DNA of 63,997 nt, filler included, from Basidioascus undulatus (lineage: Eukaryota): assembly GCA_000826855.1 (NCBI GenBank). It is 8 parts of 8 records of this genome, joined end to end, with 100 filler letters (N's around TTAATTAATTAA, not from the genome) between each part and the next. Parts side by side here need not be neighbours in the genome. Positions count along the whole stretch, not along the records: positions 37,299 to 42,696 come from JTLS01001946.1; positions 42,797 to 48,189 come from JTLS01001947.1; positions 48,290 to 53,680 come from JTLS01001948.1; 5 more parts are not named here. One strand, 5' to 3'. Below are positions 37,199 through 49,976 of the stretch, piece after piece. The notes beneath the pieces were generated by a model that did not search any database, was not told the DNA's origin, and worked only from the letters and a program-made list of their open reading frames with translations. The stretch's first letter is position 1. Every line of letters begins with the position of its first letter. Both the position numbers and the translations under genes were made by a program.

Positions 37199-37298
37199 NN
37201 NNNNNNNNNNNNNNNNNNNNNNNNNNNNNNNNNNNNNNNNNNTTAATTAATTAANNNNNNNNNNNNNNNNNNNNNNNNNNNNNNNNNNNNNNNNNNNN
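37199..37298. other. Artificial contig linker
   Basis: N44-TTAATTAATTAA-N44. Confidence 0.98.
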
Positions 37299-39338
37299 CC
37301 GGACTTCTCCAAGCTCCGCACCACCCCGACGCCCCTCCTCCTCCTCGAAGTCGGCGACCTCCTCCTCCTCCCCGCGGGCGCGCTTCCGCCCGCAGACGCA
37401 ATCATCGTCCACGGCTCGACGAACTTCGACGAGAGCAGTCTGACGGGCGAGAGCCGCCCTGTGAAAAAGGAGATTGGGGACGCTGTCAGTACCGGCACGA
37501 CGAACCTCGGCGCGCCTGTGGTCGTGCGCGTTACGGCGGCCGGGAGCGAGACGACGATCGATCGGATCGTGCGAGTCGTGGCGGAGGCGCAGGGGCGGAA
37601 GGTGTGTTGGCTCTGGAGGATCAAGGAAGAGGGACCAGGCTGATGTGGATGTGGATGTGGGTTGGATGGTGCAGAGCCCGATCGAGAAGCTGGCGGACAG
37701 GATCACGGGCGTGTTCGTACCCACCATCGTGCTCATCTCGCTCGTCACCACGCTCGTCTGGTTCGCCGTCGCGCTCTCGGTCGACGAGCTGGAGGGCAAG
37801 ACGGCCACGGGCGACAAGCTCTTCGTCGCGCTGCAGTTCGGGATCGCGGCGCTCGTGTACGTTTTCCCTACCTCTCTTGCTCTCTAGTATAATTCAGGCG
37901 AGGCTGACGTATGCCCGGTTCGTGATAGCATCGCCTGCCCATGCGGGATCGGTCTGGCGGCGCCCACCGCCCAAGCCGTCGGCTCCGGCCTCGCCGCCTC
38001 GCACGGCATCCTCGCGCACGGGGGCGGCGAGGCGTTCCAGACGGCCACCGCGGTGGACGCGGTCGTGTTCGACAAGACGGGCACGCTCACGTCCGGCGAG
38101 GTGGAGGTGACGGACGCGGAGGTCTTACCTCCCGCGCGCTCTTCCGAGCTCGAGGATGTCGTGTGGGACGCCGTGGATCGCCTCGAGGAGCGCTCGACCC
38201 ACCCGCTCGCGCAGGCTGTGCGCGCGTACATCCGCGCGCGGGAGACGGAGAGCAAGCACCTCGCGCGCAGGGAGATGGCCGTGCTCGATGCGGAGGAGGT
38301 CGCCGGCCGCGGCGTGAAGGGCACGTTCGAGCTCCCCGCGTCGGAGAACGGTGGCGGCGCCCCCGGTCGCTTCGAGCTCTTCGTCGGGAACGAGCGTTTC
38401 ATGCGCGAGGAGGGTGCTGACCCGGCCGCGCACGCATCGACGCTGGACGGGTGGAAGCACGCAGCGAAGTCGGTCGTCCTCGTCGGTCTTCGCCCGCTCG
38501 CACCGCACCCGCTTCTCCCCGCCGCAGACGAGGCGCCGCAGCTCGTGCTCCTCCTCGCGCTCGCCGACGCGCCGCGCCCCGAAACACTCCGCACCGTGCG
38601 CGCCCTGCGTGCGGGCGGGCGCGAAGTGTGGATGCTGAGCGGGGACAACGCGCTGACGGCCAAGGCGGTCGCGCGCGAGGTCGGTATCGACGAGGAGAGC
38701 GTCGTCGCAGGTGTGCTGCCTGAGGAGAAGGCTGGGTGGATTACGACGCTCCAGGAGGAGGGCGTGAAGGAAAGGAGGAGGTGGAGGTGGGGTAGGAGGG
38801 AGTGGAGGAGGAAGTGCGTCCTTTTTGTGGGGGACGGGTTAAACGAGTGCGTGCTTCTCGGGTTTGGTGGGCTCTCGAGAGCGCCGGGCTGACGCGTTTC
38901 TGTTGCTACAGCGCTGCGGCGATTGCTTCCGCCGACGTGGGGTAAGTCCCTCATCTCATTTCGCAGCCTGAATGCTCAAGCTGATCTCCCTCCTTTCCCA
39001 GCGTTGCTATGGGCAGCGGCTCCCAAATCACGCTCTCCACCGCAGACTTCGTCCTCCTTTGCTCCTCTCCCCTGACTATCCTCACCCTGCTCGCGCTCTC
39101 CACGTCCGTAAAGCGGCGCATCGCGTACAACTTCCTCTGGGCGCTCGCGTTCAACTGCATCGGCATCCCCCTCGCCGCGGGCGTGTTCCACCCGCTCGGG
39201 TGGACGCTCAAGCCCGTCTGGAGCGCCGCTGCCATGGCGCTCAGCAGCGTCAGCGTCGTCGCGAGCAGCTTGGCGCTTAGGCTGTGGAGGGAGCCGAGGG
39301 AGGTTAGGGAGTGGAAGGAGGGCGTCAGGCTCGACTGA
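37299..39338 (+). CDS. P1B-type heavy-metal (probably Cu) transporting ATPase, 5'-truncated
   Basis: DESSLTGES, IACPCGIGLAAPTA, FDKTGTLT, STHPLA, MLSGDN, FVGDGLND, NFLWALAFN and AAAMALSSVSVV. TGA 39338. Confidence 0.95.
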
Positions 39339-39459
39339 GCGGAGGCGGGGGATGAGTTATGGACTTTGGGACGGTCTGAACTGCATTTCAATCTCGCTAT
39401 GCTCACAGTCGTTCGTTTCCTGTCGCTTTCTATCGATTATGGAACGTTACCAGGACCTT

Positions 39460-41950
39460 TGTCGGCTTACAGGTGGCTGTCGGCTTACAGATGGCTCCAT
39501 TTTAAAGGTGGAAGAGCATAAAAGCGGTCTCAGCCGGCGTGGGTTCCTCTCGCCGGCCTGTTCTGATCGTTAACTCCATGGTTGTTTTCACGGTGATGTG
39601 AATGAGCGTGGAGATGCGCAGCTCTAATGGCCTTTAAGGAAACGTTTAGCACCTGGTGCCCTATCTTCACCGCGACGAGTATCTCCAGCGGGAGGAGCCG
39701 AGTGCAGGTCTTCAAGAGCGCGACCGGACACAAGGGGCAATTCGTTGCAAATTAAAGTCAGGATCCCGAAGGCAGGATCTGGAAAGGAAGGCACAGGGAT
39801 AGCAGGGAGATACGACTCGAGTGTCCGGCTGCAAAGGGAGAAATCGCAATGGCTCAGAAAGGACGGCAAGATCCTCATCTACTTGCGCAATGAGAACAGG
39901 GATTGCCGTTGACAGAGAAAACCCAGACTTGCCTTCGGCTTCTGGGTCATTGGCTCAGCCCCGGATTCACTCTCGGAGGAAAGGTCATCCTATAGAGGAG
40001 CACATGTGAGTTCACCATTGAAGGAATCATAGAGAATTCCATACCTGCTTGCGCTTGCTGGCATTCTGGCTTTGGCGGCAGCAAAGTTGGTGACATTCTT
40101 GCATTGCTGTGCATTCAGATTCGTCAGTATAACAGTCAGTGGCAGAAGCGTGGGATAGAAAGACTGTATTTGACTGCTTCTGAAAACCCAATCAACATGT
40201 CAGCTACAGAGTCCTGAGTGCCAAACCGCAAGCAGGGAAGGGCATATGGAAGGCATGTCAGGGCCACACTCAGCTTCACTGGTAGCCTCAGCCAGAAGCG
40301 CAGTTGAGAGTGCAGCGGTGTCATCACTCTAATATTATACATTGTTCTCAGTGATGCTGGTAACAAAGATAAGAGCACAGTACACAATGGAGAGTCAAAC
40401 TGGCCCTGTGCAAAAGTCCTCGGCGGCCTCTGCCATCTCCTGTGCTGAAGGCTATCCAGATAGCAAGGAATAGAGGGTATTTTGCTTACACAAGGGTCAC
40501 AGGCTTGGCGGGGCTCGAAGGCAGAGCACAGCGTGAATCTGAGCTGTAGGCAACGCAGCCCAGATGCAGAGGCAGCTTGACCGGAGTGGGGTTGGAGCGA
40601 CAGGGAGATGAAGTGAGTGTGCCTGCCATGGTGGTTACTGTATGATATTACGGTGTGAATGGACTGAGATGGGAGCGGTGGGAGCTTTGCAGCATGAGGA
40701 CCACCTTTTTGTACTGTGGCAGACAGCTCACCGGCACCCTCTGCCATTCAATGGAAGCAAAGATATGCCACAACAAGACAGATGTCCTATAATGAAGTGG
40801 TATGCTTGCTTGTGTATGCTTCTACCAGCTTGCCCGATGCTTGCTTGCATGCTTCGGATGCAGCTAGGAGTGTTCTGCGCCTGCGGTCAGCTTCAATGAC
40901 ACTGCTTCATATGCATCTTTGAATGAGAGCCAAGCATGGATGCTTTTAATAAGTGTAACGCCAGAGCTTTTCCTGTGCATTGTAAGTAGAAGATTGTGCG
41001 GGTCTTTGGCACTGTACACTGTGTTTCTGCAGTACATAATGTAGCGCAAGCTTCTCGGCTGCAAGTGCCTCTCCTACATTCTGCTACATGCGAGTTTTCA
41101 GTCTCTTGCTTGCATGATGCACTGTAGGAAGGATCATACACAGGAGAGACAGACTATTCGACCATTTGCATAATGTTGGGCAATTTGGTACACTGCGCTC
41201 CCATCCGCTGCGCCATGCAGAGCATGGAGAGTTGACGGCAAAGCCATGCAGCAGTGTGCATGCAAGGGAAGCGGATATCCTTGCAGCTTTGCTGTTTACA
41301 CTCTGAAGCACTGTGGAAACTTTGTCTGCAATCATGCATGCGAAACCGGGCAGCAAAGTTGGTACCATACCCGGCGGGCCCCACGTCGGGGTGCCCAACG
41401 TGGGATGGCAGTTCCATTCACAAGTGCAACAGTTCTGAGTTGGCCAGTTCTGAGTTGCCCGATTTCGGACGCAACCATCCCAAATCAAGGGCACAGGTCC
41501 CTGAAGACGGGGGAGACATTTAACATAGAGGTGTTGCCATCACCGCCTGGATTTGAACTCGTTAGTGAAACAAGAGACAACTGGACGAGCGATCCTCTTG
41601 GAATGTCAAAGTTGAACTTAACCCATATGACCCATTTCTCTGCAGCACCGGCCAAAACAAACATCCAGGTTTCCACCCTTCATGTGGGGATTTACTTGCA
41701 CTCTGAAGGGGTGTTCAGACTCTGTTTATGAATGTGATGGCACGGATCTTCCAAGCAGATGCTCTAAGTTGACAGCACTGATACTGGCGAAGCTTATTGC
41801 AAGTTTACCCTTACACCTTGTCCACTGCTGCCGGACGGATCTCTTTGCTGTCTGTCTGCTGCAGCCTGCTTTCCAGCCGTCTTTCTGCTATTTGCGTATC
41901 AGTGCTACTATCTCCCTTTCATTTCGATCCTCCTCAATATCGGATGTCGG
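39460..41950. repeat. CpG-poor, TpG/CpA-rich degenerate tract, probable decayed repeat or transposon remnant
   Basis: Abrupt compositional shift with abundant TGCA/CATG and no credible ORF. An 18-bp tandem repeat lies at 39460-39495 and a hairpin plus 13-bp direct repeat at 41380-41457. Confidence 0.45.
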
Positions 41951-42550
41951 ACTGCTTGCAGCCGAGCTTTCCGCAAGATTGACTTCGACTGCCGATTTGG
42001 GGCCTCGACGTTAACCCCGCGCACCTCTGCCCGCTCACGGGCGTCCGCCGACGACTCCGCTTTGCGCAAAACAAAGCACACCCCGAGCTCGGTTGAAACA
42101 GCGCATTCATATCCTCAACGCCCAGGAAAACATGGGGGGAGTGGCTTGGTTTGGTACTGTCGAGCGTCGATTGAGGAAAACAGCGAACCAGGCGACGCGA
42201 CAGCCCAGACAGGTCTTCCGGTTTCACGGTGGACTTATCGGGCAGGCTTTCTAGGCTTTCTGCGAAAGATCCTCGGATGAACAATAGACAATGAACAGAG
42301 GAGTCCCGCTGCAGCGTCGAGCAGCAGTGCATTTGACATTGTGCGGTGAGTCAAGGTTTTATTGGAAGAGCCAACGCTTGACCGCCTGCCATTACCCCGC
42401 ACAACAATGACCGGCTGACCTGCCAGACCGCTGCAGCATCCATATTTCAACACTGTACGCGCCCACTCACGCTCTTTCTTCGGTCCCCCATGTTCCCTCT
42501 CCCATACACGCAAGTTGACGATGCTGTACCCTCCCAGACCACGAGCCAGC

Positions 42551-42696
42551 ATGGCTACGCGACCGCGCTCGCCCTCCGCCCCGACTTCGCCCACGCTCAC
42601 TGCCCGCCGCTCGCCGCTCACACCGCTCACCTCTATCACACCGCCCAGCGGTAGGCGGCAGGCATCCCTGCCCTCGACGTCCTTCTCCTCCGCGTC
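42551..42696 (+). CDS. 5' fragment of an unidentified gene (S/P/T-rich N-terminus)
   Basis: ATG after a pyrimidine-rich leader, open to the contig end: MATRPRSPSAPTSPTL. Confidence 0.4.
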
Positions 42697-42796
42697 NNNN
42701 NNNNNNNNNNNNNNNNNNNNNNNNNNNNNNNNNNNNNNNNTTAATTAATTAANNNNNNNNNNNNNNNNNNNNNNNNNNNNNNNNNNNNNNNNNNNN
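42697..42796. other. Artificial contig linker
   Basis: N44-TTAATTAATTAA-N44. Confidence 0.98.
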
Positions 42797-43000
42797 CTTT
42801 CCACAACTTTCCAAGATCTTTCTAGTACTTCCTTACCAATTCCCCCAACTGTATATAAGAGGACCAGCACCCTTTGGCTGGCCCTCAACCAACTTGGATC
42901 CCAATTAACACCATCTCCTCTAGTCCTACTCTCTCACTCCCCAGTCCTCGGCTACACCCTTCCCCACCAAGGGGTGTACCCTCACAGGTGGTATGGAGTG
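42797..43000 (+). mobile_element. Probable 3' part of an LTR followed by a PBS-like sequence
   Basis: CpG-poor contig start, TATATAAG at 42852, terminal ..CTCACA at 42986 and TGGTATGGAGTG two bases later. Confidence 0.45.
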
Positions 43001-43581
43001 CTTGAGCCTGATGGATGGCAATGGGGCAGGTGTGAACGTGAATGTGGGAGTCGCAGACGTCTCCATGCCAGCCTGCACTGCCAACGCAAAGGGGAAACGG
43101 CGCAACAGTTTCCTCAATCACGGTCTCACTTGCAAACGAACAGCCTAGGACATCTGCAATATTCTTCTAGTGACCACTGGTGTGGCAAACATCAGATTAG
43201 AACCACCGCCCGGACCAGCCGCTTCTTGGGACGTTCGCTGCGCCGCTGCACAGTTTGCTGGGACTGCGAGACGGTAGTGTCAATCAGTTGATACTTACGG
43301 ACCGAAAACCTGGTATAAATAGCGGATAACACTTCTAGAATCTGAAGCCATTTCGTCCCTCATGCCTTGGCGTATGAGTGTCTTCCGCCCTTTCTGTCAA
43401 GGCACACAAAGCATAGTTATTACTCGCTGCATGTAACAAAGCCAAGGCTGCGCAGGAAAAGGTGCGGAAGGGTTAAAAAGAAGAAGACTAAGATGTGATG
43501 CGGTGCGCGAATCGGAAGTGTAAACATGCAAAGCGCTTTTTGTTTCAGATCCTGTATCTACCCTCCTCTCGCTCCTAATTC

Positions 43582-46500
43582 TCACCGCCACCGGTCCGCC
43601 AAAGGGCCCGTAGGCGGCCCAGCGGGAGTGTGCGAGCGAGAGCTGAAGGCCGAACCGCCCGGAGGCGGGCCCCAACCGCCGGGGGGACCCTGCACAAACC
43701 CGCTCGGCCTGGACGGGCCGCCGTAGCCTCCTGGCGAGGCGTACCCGCCACCGCCAGGCGTGGCGGGGCGGGAGGAGAAGCGGCTCCCATTCGCGCCTCC
43801 GCGCTCACTCGAGTAGAGCTCGAGGAGGCGGACGACATTCGTCGACATGCGGTCGAGCTCCAGCTGCTCCTGCGGCGAGAGCGTGAGGTCGCCCGAATCC
43901 TCCTCTTCCTCCTCGGACGAGTCGCCGTCGCCGTCGTGATCCTGGCCGAGCCCGCCGCGCGGAGGGGCCATCTGCTGTTGCCGACTGCCGCGCACAGGGC
44001 GACCGTACCGGTCCCTCCCGCCGTGCGAGGCCGCACCCGCGTGCAGGCCTTCGAAGACGCGCAGCATGCATGCGTCCACGAGCGTCTTGAGCCGCTGCAG
44101 GTCGTCAAGCGCGTCGAGGTCTGCGGGAAAGCACCCAGGGTCAATCAGGTGCTGCGTTCGAAAGTCAAGGGGAACATTACGCACTCCCAACGACGGGCAA
44201 CCAATCGTCGCATTCCAATCCGCGCTCCGTGACACGGAGGTTGTACGCGCCAAAGAGCATGTACGTAAGCGGGTCCAGTCGGGTGGACATCCGAAGCATC
44301 GTGCTCGCGGCCGACGAGCTCCCGCCGACGGTCGTGTTGCGCGTCTTTTCCTGGAACGCGAAGAGCTGCTTCTCTCCCGGCTGGAACTCGTGCCCGTCAG
44401 GAAGCTCTCGCTTCTTGTGATTCACGCTGCTCGGGTGGATGAAGGCGACCTGCGCAAATGACACCATCGGTCAAGTCAGCAATTTACGATCAAGCTACCG
44501 TTGAGAGGCTTGAGAGATGCCCACCTTCTCTTGCGAGGTCCGGTACGTCTTGTCCGACGTGCGGATAGCGAAGTTGGGTGCGGATGCCATGGCGACGAGT
44601 GCAGCAAGGAGCGGGAGCGAGTCGCCGTTGGTGTTGAGCTCGGGCGGGATGGTCACGGACGACCCGCCATCGCGGTCTCGCCTGGAGGGCGGGACGTACA
44701 CCGAGTGCGCAGCGAGGTTCGACCCGGGCTGCATACGGTCTCCGGCGGCGGAAACGCTCGTGACGCCGAGCTTCTCGAGGCTCTGGAAGAGATGTTCCTT
44801 GACCTGCTGGATCTGAAGGAGAGTCGGCTTGGAGAGGAAGTTCTCGGACGCGAAGCGGTTGGCGGAGACGTATTCGCCGCGGCTCTGCATCGCCCACCAG
44901 GCGTCGAACGCGCGGACTATCGCGAAGACGTCGGAGCGGAACTCCTTGGGACTCCAGGAAGCCTTGATCGCATTCGCCTCGTTCTTGAGCGCGATGGGCG
45001 CGAGGAATGGGTCGCGGTTGGTGAGAACCGCGGCGAGGGTGAGGGCCGAATCGAGGCAGCGGAAGAAAGAGCCGTAGAGACAAAGCTTGCCGATGGGCGC
45101 CTCGCACGGCAGCTGGAGGAGGACGCGGCCAAGCGACGTGAGCTGCTTGTGCGCGTCGAGCGCGCCGATCATGAAGAGCCTCTCCATGGCCGCTGCGATG
45201 CGCTCGGGCGCGGGCGGCTCGATAGCCTGCGCCAAAACATCCTCGACCTCCATCCCGGGGAAGTCGAGCGCCTTCACGCGAAGAACGACCTCCGAGAGGT
45301 CGACGCGCTTCATTTCGACGAGCTGGTACGGATCGAGGGCGTTGAACCGCGCACGGCTGAGCACGCCGTAGTACTCTCCCTCGCGGTGACGGCCGGCGCG
45401 CCCCGCGCGCTGGTTCAGGTTCGACGTCCCCACCCACGCCGAGACGAGGGACGACATATGGCGCTCAGGGTCGTAGCGCTTCTCCTTGACGCGGCCGGAG
45501 TCGACGACGAAGACAACGTCGGGGATCGTCACGGACGTCTCCGCGATGTTCGTCGCGAGGATGACGCGGCGGACGCCCTGCGCGGCCGGCTCGAAGACTT
45601 GCTGCTGCTCCGCAATGGGCACGGTCGAGTGCAGGACGTGCACCGAGTACTTCGACGTGTCGGCAAAGTTGATGCCGAGGAGAGGGTACCGGCCGCGGTC
45701 GAGGAGGATGTTCTGAACAGCCTTAATCTCGTCCCTGTTCATTACCGAGGACCAGAGTCAGTTGCGATCCATGCCACAATCATCCCAGAAACGATCGAGT
45801 TGAAGAGACTTACCACCCCGGAAGGAAAACCAGCACGTGTCCATCCTGGTCGTGCGTCTGCTGCAGTACGTGCGCGATCGTTAACGCGACGAGCGAGTAC
45901 GGAATCTCGAGCTCCTCCTTCCCAGGTGCGGACGCGCCCTGGTGGAGCTCGCGCTGGACGTATTCCGTGACGTTCTTCTCGCTCCACACCCACCCGCCCA
46001 TCTGGGACGGCAAGCGCTGCAGCTCGCCGATGTAGTCGTCGAGGTAACGTTTCGTGACGGGGAAGCTGCGGCCTGGGACCTCCGCTACGGGCGCAGGGCG
46101 GCCGGAGGTGTCGGCAAAATAGCGCTGGAAGAGGTCGGCGTCGATCGTGGCGGACATGAGGATGACCTTGATAGGCTTGCCCCTCCGCCGACGGTCCTCG
46201 ATCAGCCGTTTCAGGACGACGAGCGTCAGGTCGGTGTCGACGTCGCGCTCGTGCACCTCGTCCACGACGATGTGCGTCACGTCGTCGAGGTAGCCCGCGG
46301 GGCTCTCGGCGCCCCCGGGCCGTTCCGTCTCCTGCAGCGCGGTCTGCATCCTGCGAAGGAACACGCCCGTCGTGCAGAACGTCACGGAGCCGTGGTTCCG
46401 GGGGAGACGCGAGTCGAACCGAACTTGGTATCCGATGGTCCCGCCGAGCGTCTCACCACGCTCGTTCGCCACGCGTTGCGCAACGGAGATCGCTGCGATG

Positions 46501-48003
46501 CGCCGCGGTTGCGTGCAGATGACGTTGCAGCGCGCGCCCTCGCCGCGCTGGATCGCATCGTCGAGGATGAGCTGCGGGATCTGCGTCGTCTTGCCGGAGC
46601 CCGTAGCCGCCATGCAGATCGTCACCTCATTCAGCTCGACCTTGGCGAGGATCTCACTGGCCTTGGTCGTCACGGGCAGGCTCGCGCGTTGCGCGCGCAT
46701 CTTCTCAAGCTTCGGGTCGGACTCGTACGCGCGGAGGTCCTCCAGCAGCTTGGCGCTCTTCTGCTCGAGGAATGCGGCGTTGGGCGGGCGACGACCGCGG
46801 GGACCGCGAGGGATCTTGGGGCCGGGAGGGGAAGCGGGACGGGAGGGCGGCGCGGTCTGGAGCGTACCGACGCGCGGACGGCGCGCGTAGAGCTTCGAGT
46901 CGCGGATGTCGTGGATGACGTCGCGGAGCTCGTCGTCGAGCTCGTCCGACATCTGGAAGACGATGTGCGGCGCAAGACCCGTCGGCGCGCCGGGTCGGTA
47001 GTTCTTAACGAACGTCGACCAGAGCTCCGGGTCGCACTGCTCGAGGTACTGCGTGACGTCGACGTAGCAGCGCTGCATCGCAGCCTTCTTGTTCGAACCC
47101 TCGCCCATCCCGATCCGGCGCCCGCCGACGGTCATCACCGCGTCCCAGCTGGTCGTCGAGCCGCCCTTCGGCTTGCGGTGGCGGCCGCCCCACGCGGGCT
47201 GCTGCGCGTGCTGCACAGACTGCTCGTAGTGGATGTCGGGCTTGCCGAAGCCGAAGCGCTGGCAGTAGTAGTCCATGAACTCGCGCGCCTTCTCGAACGT
47301 GATCTCGGTCTTGCCGTCTGAGAGGTACGTCGGCGCGGGACCCGGTCGCGTCGCGGGACCCGCAGACGCGCCGAGGCCACCGCCGGCACCGGCTCCGTTT
47401 TGACGCGGTCGCTTCGAGTCGAGCTGGCGCAAAAAAGGTATATATCAGTAAGAGCCGTAAAAGGGCGTCGTAGTGGAAGGGATGGACGCACCCAGCCACG
47501 CTCGAGGAGCTTGTAACATGCGCTGAGGGCGGCGATCTTCTCGGCTTCTTTCCGGTTCGACGCGTCGCCAACACCCTCGATGGGTCCAGTGGCGTCCTCA
47601 TCAACGACGACCGTACACCTGTCCGCCGAGGCGCCATGGCACGAGTGAGCTCATGTGTTGCAATCCCGGTCCCTGTGGATCAAGCCACGCACCTGAATAC
47701 TCTCCGCCCATCGACAAGACCCTCCTGACCGTCATACACGGGCTGATGACCTGTCCGCTGCGCGACATAGTTGCTCACGGCGGTCTTTGGATTCTCGCGC
47801 CACTGGTCCTTGAGGTCGAGCGGGTTTCCGCGATAGTTCTCGGCGGCGACCTGGGCGTCCTGAAGCGGACCAGGCAGCTGGGCGAGGGCGGGTCCGCCGC
47901 GGGTAGAGCCGCGTGCGGAGCCGCCGCGTCCGCCCCTTGAAGAGGAGAACGCGCGAGCTTGGGAGCCCTGGGGGCCGCGGGAGAAACCGCCGCGACGAGA
48001 CAT
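43582..48003 (-). CDS. DEAH/RHA RNA helicase with two N-terminal dsRBD-like domains (DHX9/DHX30-like)
   Basis: ATGSGKTTQIPQ, CTQPRRIAA, DEVHERD, MSAT, VFLPGW, LATNIAETSVTIPDV, QRAGRAGR, then HA2 and OB regions. N-terminal RGG and C-terminal Gly-rich tail. Confidence 0.93.
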
Positions 48004-48189
48004 GTCGGTTGAAGGGGAGGGGGAGCGGGGAGCGGTGTGGAGGGTGGAGGGGGTTGAGGAAGGGATGGGGCCGAGGCGGGAAAGGAGAGAGCGAGGGTTG
48101 CAAGAGGACCCGGGCGAGCGGGCAGGGGAAGAGGGAGAGGAAGATCGCACCTCGACGAGCGACGTGCCGTCCCTGAAGCGAGCGCGGAA

Positions 48190-48289
48190 NNNNNNNNNNN
48201 NNNNNNNNNNNNNNNNNNNNNNNNNNNNNNNNNTTAATTAATTAANNNNNNNNNNNNNNNNNNNNNNNNNNNNNNNNNNNNNNNNNNNN
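48190..48289. other. Artificial contig linker
   Basis: N44-TTAATTAATTAA-N44. Confidence 0.98.
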
Positions 48290-49976
48290 ACCTCGTCTCG
48301 ACTCTCGGCCTGTCCGACTTCCTGACACGCATGTCCACACTCACGTTCACTTCGTCCACACATATTACCATTTTCATAAGAAATAAATACATGCGGAGGA
48401 AGATTTTCAACAAGATTTTGTGCTGGCCCATGCAGGGCTGTTGCGCGTATGAAAGCTGGAGTTGAAGACGCTGCACCGGCTCAAGATGACGAGAGCTTTT
48501 GCCACTCTCATCATACATTTTAGCAGAGTTCGTTAGTCTGTTGCTTGGCTGGGGTAGTGGTAACCTGGGTCGTTGCCATTCGAAGTTCGACCCGCCCCGT
48601 GTTCGATTCACGGGTCAAGCAATTTTTTTGAACCCCCTTTCTCTTCACTCCTCCTTTCCCCTCCGCTCATTTTTATTTTCTGTAATGCCAGCTGATTCAT
48701 GCCGACAGAACCTGCTTGCACACGCAGAGCATATGCCCGACTCCGTGCAATCCCGAAGTCCCACCTGAACTCTCTCTGGAGAATAGCTACTGCCATGGTC
48801 TCTGGAATGCAGCAAGTACGATGTCCTCACTATCTGCGGAAATACCCAACGCTTCCTTGCACAAATCAGCGTCCAGTTGGCAGCACACCCTCCCTCCCCA
48901 CCCAGAAACCTCACCCTCAAACTCTTGCCCCCGCCCACACCCTCCTACACCTCCCCCACATACACCAAATGCACAGTCCTCACATCATTAAAGACTTCCC
49001 TGCTGCACTTGTGCATGGTTCTAGAGTGCTGCATAAGCCGTTCCCTACCGCAGCCTCGCGCCCCTCACGCCCGGTGGGACTTGCACCACTACCGCCGGAA
49101 CGAATCGGAATCAACACATGTTGGAGAGGTAAGGCAGTCTGAGAAGTTCTGAAGACGTACGTTCTTATACCTCGGTCAGTCCTCCTTCTGATGCGCGGGT
49201 CCGCAATACAGCACCGTAACGCACCTGGCACTGAGATCGACACGGCACGCTGCAGAGGAGGCGCATGTGGTAGTCGGGCGAAGGGAATTTGACATAGTGA
49301 TCGGTTTCGTATTGCAGCCAATCTATACAGTTTCTAAGCCTCTTCCAATGGTTTCGTGAAGGCCTCCAGCGTTCAAGGCAACGTCGAAAACGTAGCGGAG
49401 AAGCGACCCGACGCCACAATGCCGACAAAGGCTGGGACCGGGTCGCCGCCGACTTCGAGCTCATGATCAAGTGAGTATTTGCATTGCTGACTCCCGCCGT
49501 CGAAGAGAACGACCTTCTCATACTCCTGTGTACCGTGCAGGTTCGGCATGACCGAGCTCGAGGCTTTGTCGTATGGGAGAACGGTCGTGAGATGCGGTCA
49601 GTCTGACGTGCTCCGACACTCCGCCGAGCTTGATTTAGTTGTAATTAGTTCTGATCAAGTTTGGATTTACAGCGGACCGGCCACCAACCTCTACGAAGAC
49701 TGAGACTGCGTGCGAGTGTTCCAGCAAAATGAACTGAAGTGAAAGGGCACTTCTGCTCGAGACGTGATGTATCCTTGACGTGAACAGTATTCTACGTTCC
49801 CCTTTAAGTAGCAAATTAGTATTCCCGATGAGACATGGTTGATTGCATGCTTTGAGTGTGCCACTGTCACTCGTTTGGCCGAAGGCCTCAACGCGCAGGT
49901 GCACGAAAGAGGGTTCGGCACACATTCGCTGGCGGGAGCACAGACGAAACACATGAGCTTGGAAGCAACCCCCAAC

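Noticed and set aside
44501..47321. Long plus-strand ORFs (489 and 459 aa) antisense to the helicase
   Set aside because: These are shadow ORFs caused by high GC3 codon bias and have no recognisable motifs. The same applies to antisense ORFs over SEC10, PSY2 and the ATPase.
48290..49600. Additional pathway gene (HAO or ACMSD) downstream of the ALDH
   Set aside because: No cupin or amidohydrolase motifs were found and the region looks non-coding or degenerate.
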